From Stramenopiles sp. TOSAG23-2 (lineage: Eukaryota), in NCBI GenBank assembly GCA_900128395.1, contig LT649272.1, positions 1 to 49,631 of the forward strand: a stretch of 49,631 bases of DNA. The letters run 5' to 3'. This document shows positions 43,501 through 49,631 of the stretch, one piece after another; position 1 is the first letter of the stretch, and every line of letters starts with the position of its first letter. The notes under the pieces are model-generated. The model saw only the letters and a list, made by a program, of their open reading frames with translations. It did not search any database and was not told where the DNA came from. A program made the position numbers and the translations under genes.

Positions 43501-43778
43501 CGCCAGCAATTAAAGCATTACCATCAAATTTGCTTCTGGCATTTGATAGCAATGGATTGAGATTTTTATCAGGTGAGGTTGACGCATCAAAAGATGCTTT
43601 AGCATCTTTTGGATACGTAGACATTGAAAGATGGGGCGGAACACGAAATAAATTTTCTCTGAAATTACACGATCCATCAACTGAATCCAAATTCAGTTTC
43701 CTTGTAACTCGATGCAATGGTACAGCTATTTCCAATTATCTATTAGAAATGATCGAATCCATTATGGAATCATCTTAA
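37563..43778 (+). CDS. Unconventional myosin: N-terminal SH3-like, motor, IQ, helical-repeat stalk, MyTH4 and FERM-like tail
   Basis: GESGAGKTE, EAFGNAKTTRNNNSSRFGK, LDIFGFE, FEQLCINYCNEKLQ and PHFIRCFKPN; IQ-like MQAFARRFMQR; MyTH4 DEIYVQICKHLT...CWQLLCMCVGTFPPS; single exon of 2071 aa. Confidence 0.97.
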   Translation: MAVKFDTDSWVWCPDEEDLFLPGKVKATFKRGEVGNVTFSNGEEHTISAKDSESLMVCDEQSLAPIENMVQLNDLNNPSILHNLRIRFQQDTIYTSVGQILVSVNPFKLLPIYTPEWLDKYKSGSRGQPPHCYGVADDAYRQMINNGDNHAIIISGESGAGKTEAMKLVLQYVAEVSGKKETDGPSLEEKILKANPVMEAFGNAKTTRNNNSSRFGKWTEINFDKGGAIIGGRIINYLLEKSRVVTQSENERNYHIFYQLLAGAEKTSNESDPTKNLKTKYGLGEAQDYLYTNPGNRLQANKGEGTTVHGINDEREFDDLLSAMKVIDMTPAEVDNVLRIVTAILNLGNVSYVPDPAAQGEDKVKVGDEGPLDKFCELLAVDKAIMLRSLISRGIGAHSVIQVSYTLEEATQTRDALAKTIYGNLFDWLVRKINTTLTVEGSFANIIGVLDIFGFESFEKNSFEQLCINYCNEKLQFHFNEHIFKLEQEQYKSEGVSVDNITFEDNQPALDLIEKKRIGIIAMIDEEIRTPKGNDVKMLRKLDKEYATKGKEHKNYQKPKPRAKDSEKSFIFKHYAGPVCYDVTNFMEKSKDTLHADVASAMQISKDPIIQGLFPIKAPEASSGGGRRGRGGGKKSSKKTLGTQFKEQLNSLMKILNSTCPHFIRCFKPNKEKRGDIFTSDMMMQQLNYAGLLEVCRIRQIGYPIRHEFDAFFKRYTCLDPSAGDLDALLGKLTGGVLDAKDFAKGNTKVFLRNAQAQELETARETALSKVATKMQAFARRFMQRIKHKRYLAIIQSLTKAVGDRDGDQIEHWVRQAGELPFRGSHLKIVRDAAALLEVIKEERRVEQLLKDAIAKREINGLLGAISTAEEMKMSSEALTSAKNLVGRIQEETKVIAELADALKQRDRAALEACKKKAEDLELNDTAEFKQAAALLERIRLEEEAVGQLEQAMSSENVNELQAYLQQMVEMGLDDATRFPHFVDTIQGAKRTLETLKTRNNEKQSLLNAMEKSDIGNLEKVLASATACGVDAETLASAKTALERMRKEEAVMKVVASAIASESIDKLEDALDQASALNLYNDDIGKAKSLKSQLEAKESAKTALSDALKAENADAISSSLAAALKLGVTGSEITNAETFLSKLGAKAQILGKLASAGNSLSELDGVIDELKAMDGMEATVEKAMETRAKLLEQQTAEESIQSAIKKEDYDALMVAIKNADSSGLSTNPLKAEVMKMADESLQKLRVIQSALTDLKAAIDSREKKNIVSQLEVAKGLGVEGYPECDRARALLESLEKEAKLTNDIEEALKTKDMDTLTKLWNTADKIGLNNTAVQNAGMLVNREKTMKATLDKIKTATETWDLDLMNECMESCIQLGIEGDEVTAAKKTLEEMNKEAQHASKIQAAANTLKMKSQSKNGIVAADIKPLTDAMEASIAAGLSAESKSYLKFLGIKENAEAQLAMYEELKAVIAAVDNKSAGTIYETFKLISKAHDKALDLNMDGVASVETVKALYREYDKLVQAARRARNEASDEDSEEESDSDEEEEDEEEVERKREEGYKRALQPRFHFTKFSRIRNPEDYVRGMWFGKKKAMDNQLQWQNTQIKKSITDVDGKATKLSLKIHKCILGYCGEKSMNYPDMLAQDILNTGVAYPDVCDEIYVQICKHLTNNENEDSRDRCWQLLCMCVGTFPPSGEFKDHLYNFILSNKSDEGSTTEYIQYALRRLEGIIHNGASGYVPEVAEIAAYKERPPIVVTIELVDGGTLTSALPITPDLNVGKVTEICNHFLDLEDDRKKYFGIFLVEDDSKSTPLASKVFMGDEVVRLRRAKAENFKFVYKRKIFLKRIDHVSENDVYNRLQFLQTVDEIIIGNITTPTVESAAETAAAAVYVDNSEDFEDDEIPSNDELLEDLAIMEYVAESWRNSLEENEWADKIGARIKTLIGQDTEELQNLIVENAKDDPLYGTIVFRCKLSSFDEKTAPPAIKALPSNLLLAFDSNGLRFLSGEVDASKDALASFGYVDIERWGGTRNKFSLKLHDPSTESKFSFLVTRCNGTAISNYLLEMIESIMESS

Positions 43779-44295
43779 CAGTGTGAATGTGCCTAAAAGT
43801 GATACCGAGAGGTGTGTGTAATATTAGATAAAGCTTTCATGATGTGTGTTGGTACCAGATGATGTACATGGCATTAGAGGGAATATAATATTTGGAAGAG
43901 AGGAGAGAGATTACTCGTAGTTTTTGAAAAAAACTAATTACGACGTTTGTATTTCGTATAAAATATTAAAATTAATTAAATTTTATTTTTATTATATTTA
44001 GAGTGTAAAAAAAAACTCTCATGCGCCGCTGCAAGCTTATACATATATCCTGAAATATGATTTTATATTTTACTCAAATCATCATTAAAAATACGTCGTC
44101 GTAAGAAATTACGAATTCCGTAAATTTAACACATGTGTACACATGTACATACATATTTTACATCTTGTAAAATGCAAAAGGAGTGCTTTTTATTCGATAA
44201 AAATATGACCATTCCACACTGGTACCCGACATAATTTTAAACATGTTGTGCATATTTTAAAATATTACACAAAAAACAATTTTCGTATAAAAATT

Positions 44296-44859
44296 TTATG
44301 GTATTCTATAGGACTCCTCTTTTGAAACCTCTGGAATATATTCAACATTGAAGCGATTGATCCATTTTTTATAAGTATCAGTATGTGGTTCATAATCTAA
44401 AAATGGGTAATTAATTTTATACGTTCTATATGGATGGTGCGGTTTCTCTAATTCATTCTTCTTTTTATCAACAGAAACAGTAACATCATGACCAAATGCA
44501 TATCTCCATAACTCTATATCTTGATTGTAATTTTGTGATGAGAAAGATGATGAATTCGAAAAAGAAGAAGAAGAAAAAGATGAATATAATTCTTTCGTAT
44601 CCATTTTATCATTTGCTGCACGGTCATCACCACTAGGTTTATAATATGCAGTTGTTTGAGTACTATTATCTTTAGTTAATGCTGTAGATGGTTTAATTAA
44701 AGCTTCTAATTTATTCATACTCATGGAATCATTTAAATAATCCCAACGTTCTAGATCATTTAATGCTAATGATTTTTTATCAATTGGATTTGGTTCGTTA
44801 TATTTAATATTTTCTATTATACCTTTAATATCTTTCATTTGATAGGATATGGATGCCAT
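44296..44859 (-). CDS. Hypothetical protein (187 aa)
   Basis: ATG-initiated ORF that is long for this AT content; no family recognised. Confidence 0.6.
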   Translation of the reverse strand: MASISYQMKDIKGIIENIKYNEPNPIDKKSLALNDLERWDYLNDSMSMNKLEALIKPSTALTKDNSTQTTAYYKPSGDDRAANDKMDTKELYSSFSSSSFSNSSSFSSQNYNQDIELWRYAFGHDVTVSVDKKKNELEKPHHPYRTYKINYPFLDYEPHTDTYKKWINRFNVEYIPEVSKEESYRIP

Positions 44860-45259
44860 GGTGGCGGATAATGATTCTTTTCTATAAATTTGTTATATAA
44901 TATGAACAAAATACGTAGTAGTGTAGTAGAAACAATATACGGGTTGTAAAAATTGAAAGTTATATTGTTTTGTATTTTCTATTGTTATGTTTTTCCATGA
45001 TATATATATATATATATATATACATATTTTGAAATATACACAGGTTGTATATTGTCCATGTATTCAAAAATGTATCCATGTATCCTGGTGCCCTTATCCT
45101 TATATATGATAATAAAATAATAATATTCGTTCTACGATGACGACGATTTGCTCTTAGTGCTGTGTCTATATAAAATATGATAATATTTACCCTACTTGGA
45201 ACATGCAATCAAACAATTAGTATACCACCACATGTATTGAAAATATTTTCAATAAACAA

Positions 45260-45516
45260 ATGGCAGAGATTGAAGAAAAATTCAACATTGAAAAAGCAAA
45301 GATATTATTGAAAGCGAAAGCAAAAAAATTAGCAAAAGAAAAAAACAATTAGCAAACAAATTAGCAAAAGAAAAAGAATTAGCAAAAGCAAAATTTTGGA
45401 AAGAAAAATTAGCAAAAGAAAAGAGAGAAAACGAATTACAAATTGAATTAGCAAACGAATTAGCAAAAGAAAAAGAATTAGCACCATCGCTTAAATATGC
45501 TGAATACATCAAATGA
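45260..45516 (+). pseudogene. Frameshifted ORF with ELAKEK repeats
   Basis: MAEIEEKFNIEKAKILLKAKAKKLAKEKNN* (TAG at 45350) continues in the -1 frame as QLANKLAKEKELAKAK...ELAKEKELAPSLKYAEYIK*. The break lies in an A7 run at 45339-45345. Confidence 0.5.
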
Positions 45517-46072
45517 GCAAATCAAAATCAAACCAAAATGAGTTTGTAAGTGCAATTTTATTAAACATTTGATGACCATTTCGAAAGTTGTATGATTTTG
45601 CAGAGGATTGTCCAATGTAATATGAATTAATAAAATGTTTTTTTAATGTACATTATGAATTCGAACGTATACTTTCATTGGTGTTTTTCTTTCTCATAAT
45701 AGCAACACATTAATAATTATATTAGGCCCGGCAGGCCCGGCAGGCACATACCATTATTAAAACGTGCGAATTATAATATTAATATTAGCATTAACACAGC
45801 ATCAGCAAAGCTGAAGCTTCATCCTCCAAAAAATAAGAATTATTGGTAAAAAAACAAACAAAAACCAACAAAACAACGATATATATACTATTTATATTAC
45901 ATATTGATGGAAACAGAAAGTAACAAAGACTAAACATATATATATATATATATTAATACCCATAAACAATCATATATATAGAGAGATTCGTTGAGATATA
46001 TAATTATATTGTATAGAAGTATTCTATAGTGTAACATAAAAATAAATTTACGGCATTTTGTATCATACCATT

Positions 46073-46765
46073 ATGTCGTCAACAAAACAAATTTTAACAC
46101 CAGCCATGCAAACTTGTCTATGTCAAATTGTCAAAGTATCCGCCATAGATGACACGAAAAAAGACAGAAAAATACGTAAAAAAATATGTAAAGCTAATGA
46201 TGTTAATTATAAAGAATTTGAAAATAGATATGATAAGTTTAAAAGTAAAGGTGGTATGGTCTCGTGTCCAATTACCCGGCCGTCCTCGTCGTCTGAAAAA
46301 CATAAAACACGTGACCGAAGCGGTAGTGGAAATTATAGCAGCATTACTAGCAAAGGTAAAAGTAATAGCGTTAAGAAAATGAAAAAAAAAAAATATTTAA
46401 ACGGTAGTAGTAATAGTAACAGAAAAAGTAGTACACCATCTTCCTCTTCTAAACATAATAATCATAACAGTAGTAGCGGCAGTGGCAGCAGTAGAAAAAA
46501 GTCAAAAAGCTCTATAGATGATATCTTTTCCGGTTTATCAGATAAAAAGAAGAAACGTAAACGGGAAGAAGAAAAGTCATTATTGAAAGAAAAAAGTGCT
46601 AAATTAAAAAAAAAGAATTTATATGCAGAAGGACGTTCAAAAATGATGCCATTACGTGTTGATGAAGACAGTGGATTCAATGTATACAGCGAAGACTCAT
46701 TAAATTTAAACAAAGTAAGCGGTGGTACACCATTGTGTCCATTTGATTGCTATTGTTGTTTTTGA
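46073..46765 (+). CDS. DUF1764-family Lys/Ser-rich protein
   Basis: SIDDIFS and C-terminal GFNVYSEDSLNL...GGTPLCPFDCYCCF; first ATG at 46073. Confidence 0.85.
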   Translation: MSSTKQILTPAMQTCLCQIVKVSAIDDTKKDRKIRKKICKANDVNYKEFENRYDKFKSKGGMVSCPITRPSSSSEKHKTRDRSGSGNYSSITSKGKSNSVKKMKKKKYLNGSSNSNRKSSTPSSSSKHNNHNSSSGSGSSRKKSKSSIDDIFSGLSDKKKKRKREEEKSLLKEKSAKLKKKNLYAEGRSKMMPLRVDEDSGFNVYSEDSLNLNKVSGGTPLCPFDCYCCF

Positions 46766-47210
46766 AATAATTAAAAAGAGAGTACGACGATATATATATA
46801 TGTATACCATATATATATGATAGTATGATACCATAACAAACAAATATTGAAAGAAAAGGTATGATATATATGCATTGTGCATCACCACCAACCAAAATGG
46901 TGAGAGATTTGGTGAAAAATATTTCAGAGAGCAAAGGGAGAGGGGAGAGAATACATTTATTGAGAAAATATAAAAAACTTTTTTTAAACTTAAATACTAA
47001 AATCGAGTGTGGTGTTTTTATATTATAAAATTTTAATTTTTTTAGATCGTAAAAATGCATCAATTGAAGTGGATGTCTATCAACATTTTCATTTAGATAT
47101 ATATGCACATTATGATATGATATATAAGGTACGTTCCTATATTTGATAGAGAGATCAATTATTCTTTCTATTCACACACACATACCATACGACGAATAGA
47201 TACGCATGCA

Positions 47211-48923
47211 TTACCTCCCACTCCCTTTTGTTACACTATGCAATCGTTTGATTTCTTTGACTAAAATTTTCTTTTCATTCTTTAATTGAGTAATTTCTAC
47301 TATATTTTCTTGTTTCACATTATTAATCATATCTTCAAATAAACGATGTTGCATTTGCATTTTCTTTTTCACCTGTTCAAGTTCTTTCTTCAACAATTCA
47401 TTTTGTTTTCCTTGATCTGTTACATTATCTTCTAAATCCCTTACACGTCCATCCAAAAAAGCGATTACTTCACGATCAGCATTTGATTGTTGCTTTGCTA
47501 ATTTTTCACCTTCCTTTGCTTTAGCAAGTTCAATTTCTTTTGTTTTCATTTTATCTACTAAAAAATCTTTCACACTTGCTTTTGCTTTTAATTGAGTTAA
47601 TAAATCTTCACGTTCACTTGTTAATAAGTATACTTTTTTTTCTGCCATCCCTAATTTTTGTTGAATCGATATAATAACACGCATATCTTGATTTGATAAA
47701 TTCATTGATTTCATTTTTGACATAATATTTCCATCATTATCATTTCCAGCTTTGGAACCTATATTTGTTTTTTCCATTCGCGTATTTACAGTTTTGGAAC
47801 GATTGCGTAATATTGATGCTTTAGATGTTATATTGCTAAAATATGATGGAGGTGGTGGTTCAGGTGTTTTTGTTATTATTATTGGTGGTGGTGTTGCAAC
47901 ATAGGATGTGATATTATTTTTATCATCATCATTGGTTTTCAAATTTAATGATTCATTATATGATGGTGGTGGTGGTGGTAATAATGTCTTTGTTTCTACA
48001 TTCCGATTATTATTATTATTATTCTTTTTTTCTTCCTCTTCTTTTGTCATTGATGATGATAATAATTTCAAATTGTTTTTTACAATATTTTTATTCACAC
48101 TAATATATCTATTTATATCATTATTTGTTAAAAAGTCTCGAATGGTGGATGATAATTTGACATCTTCTGATATATATTCTAAATGTGTCAAATCATTTGG
48201 TTTATCATCTATAGTATGTATTGTTATCTCATTATTATTATGTACACCATTTTGTTCTTTGTTTTCAAATAAATTACGTTTTGCACGTATAGCATCATTA
48301 TTGTTATTATTTATTATCGTTGTTGTTGTTGTTGGAGGATTATTATTAGTAGTAGTATCAAATTGATTAACTTGTATTCGACCACCTAAACTAACTCTAC
48401 GATGTCTACCTGAATTTCTACGTTGTTGTTGTTGATCGATATGATTTATATTGGAATCATCTTGACCATTACTATTATTAACATTATTATCATTATTTGC
48501 ATTTACATTTGGGCTATTATAATTCAATGATTTCAACCATTTATCTTTTCGTTTTAACTTCATTTTAAGTATTTTCACTTCTTCTTTATATTTTTCACCT
48601 TCTTGTAATTTAATAATAACATCTCCTATTTCTGCACGTAAACGATTTTTTAATACACGTGCTTCAAATTTATCTTCACGCCTTTCACGGATTAATACAT
48701 TTTTCTCGCTTTCCATTGTAGCAAGATCATCATGAGCTTTCATTAATTGTTCCCTTAACCCCCTTGCTTCACTACGTGCTTCTTTTAATAACTTCATATT
48801 TGATTCTAACTCCAACGTGTTTATCATTTCTTGTACTACTTCTTGTACTTCATTCATTGATATAAAATGCTCAACACTACGCATCAATTGATTCCCTACA
48901 AAAGAGGAGGTCACGGTATTCAT
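47211..48923 (-). CDS. Coiled-coil protein with Asn/Pro-rich middle (570 aa)
   Basis: Long ORF with heptad-rich N- and C-terminal parts, PPPSY motifs and C-terminal EKKILVKEIKRL. Confidence 0.8.
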   Translation of the reverse strand: MNTVTSSFVGNQLMRSVEHFISMNEVQEVVQEMINTLELESNMKLLKEARSEARGLREQLMKAHDDLATMESEKNVLIRERREDKFEARVLKNRLRAEIGDVIIKLQEGEKYKEEVKILKMKLKRKDKWLKSLNYNSPNVNANNDNNVNNSNGQDDSNINHIDQQQQRRNSGRHRRVSLGGRIQVNQFDTTTNNNPPTTTTTIINNNNNDAIRAKRNLFENKEQNGVHNNNEITIHTIDDKPNDLTHLEYISEDVKLSSTIRDFLTNNDINRYISVNKNIVKNNLKLLSSSMTKEEEEKKNNNNNNRNVETKTLLPPPPPSYNESLNLKTNDDDKNNITSYVATPPPIIITKTPEPPPPSYFSNITSKASILRNRSKTVNTRMEKTNIGSKAGNDNDGNIMSKMKSMNLSNQDMRVIISIQQKLGMAEKKVYLLTSEREDLLTQLKAKASVKDFLVDKMKTKEIELAKAKEGEKLAKQQSNADREVIAFLDGRVRDLEDNVTDQGKQNELLKKELEQVKKKMQMQHRLFEDMINNVKQENIVEITQLKNEKKILVKEIKRLHSVTKGSGR

Positions 48924-49321
48924 CGTTGTTGTACCGTATATATATATATATATCCTATATCAAATGTATATTTCAATAACAACACCAGTGGTTCCAACAC
49001 AACACACGTTTGAACTACAATATATAAGTGGAAGAATGTATGACAAAACATTTATTATCACATATATATCAATTATATATAATGTATATTTTGTATTCTA
49101 ATTCTTCTTTCCTAGTCTTAGTCACATTTTGATAGGGTCATATGGCAAATTTAATTATTATTTTTTTTATATATTTTATTTTTCAACTTTTTCCTGCCCA
49201 CTAGTATTATTTACAGTATAATATAATGCTACTGTATTTCGATGACTCGTGCACTCGTTTGTTGCTGGTTGCTGGCGTAAAAAAAATAAGAAAACAAAAA
49301 AAAAAATCTGATAGGGATATA

Positions 49322-49511
49322 TATTGATATAATGCTATGTGTATAGTATCTTCGAACACAATGCTATATACGTGCTATTGATATAATGCTATGTGTATAT
49401 TATCTTCGAACACAATGCTATACATATGCTATTGATATAATTAGAATAATGCTATGGTTTATATATCTTCGAATACAATGCTATACACATGCTATTGATA
49501 TTATCTTCGAA
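49322..49511. repeat. 54-bp minisatellite, about 3.3 copies
   Basis: Unit TATTGATATAATGCTATGTGTATA.TATCTTCGAACACAATGCTATA.A..TGC starts at 49322, 49376, 49430 (63-bp variant) and 49493 (partial). Confidence 0.92.
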
Positions 49512-49548
49512 AAAATCAAGATATTTCGATGCTATCCTCTAAGCGTGA

Positions 49549-49570
49549 AATCCACATAATTATGTGGATT
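49549..49570. repeat. Perfect 22-bp palindrome
   Basis: AATCCACATAATTATGTGGATT. Confidence 0.9.
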
Positions 49571-49631
49571 AAGGTGCCAAAATTTTAAAAAAATAAATGA
49601 AGTGCTTCTTTTCACTCAAATTGCAAAAACG

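Noticed and set aside
49322-49511. CRISPR-like appearance of the periodic repeat
   Set aside because: The whole unit repeats with no unique spacers, there are no cas genes, and the context is eukaryotic; it is a minisatellite.

Overview
AT-rich, intron-poor nuclear DNA of a unicellular eukaryote. Asn/Gln runs, (TA)n tracts next to start codons, rare GT..CTAAC..AG introns and the gene set suggest a free-living protist, possibly a stramenopile (inference only). About 20 protein genes are supported: a spliced Cys-rich repeat gene fragment, a 3-exon EF-hand/coiled-coil protein, a membrane-anchored VOC/glyoxalase, a single-chain triple RidA, an SLC38-like amino-acid transporter, an ABCC/MRP exporter, an internally duplicated orphan polytopic membrane protein, an MLF-family protein, an OST-alpha/TMEM184-like protein, a GH27 alpha-galactosidase, a methyltransferase/fucosyltransferase-like fusion, a MyTH4-FERM myosin, a DUF1764 protein and several unknowns. 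There is also a Ty3/Gypsy RT remnant, two long adjacent fold-back hairpins and a 54-bp minisatellite. The most striking structure is a recurring pattern of near-identical direct duplications. Three copy a gene's start codon plus upstream DNA (127 bp, 119 bp, ~410 bp). Two have the form repeat-foreign filler-repeat: an in-frame ankyrin-like insert inside the EF-hand gene, and a whole 2.26-kb gene-bearing segment between two copies of the ABCC 5' end. No rRNA, tRNA or CRISPR was recognised. All family calls come from motif recognition by eye, not database searches.
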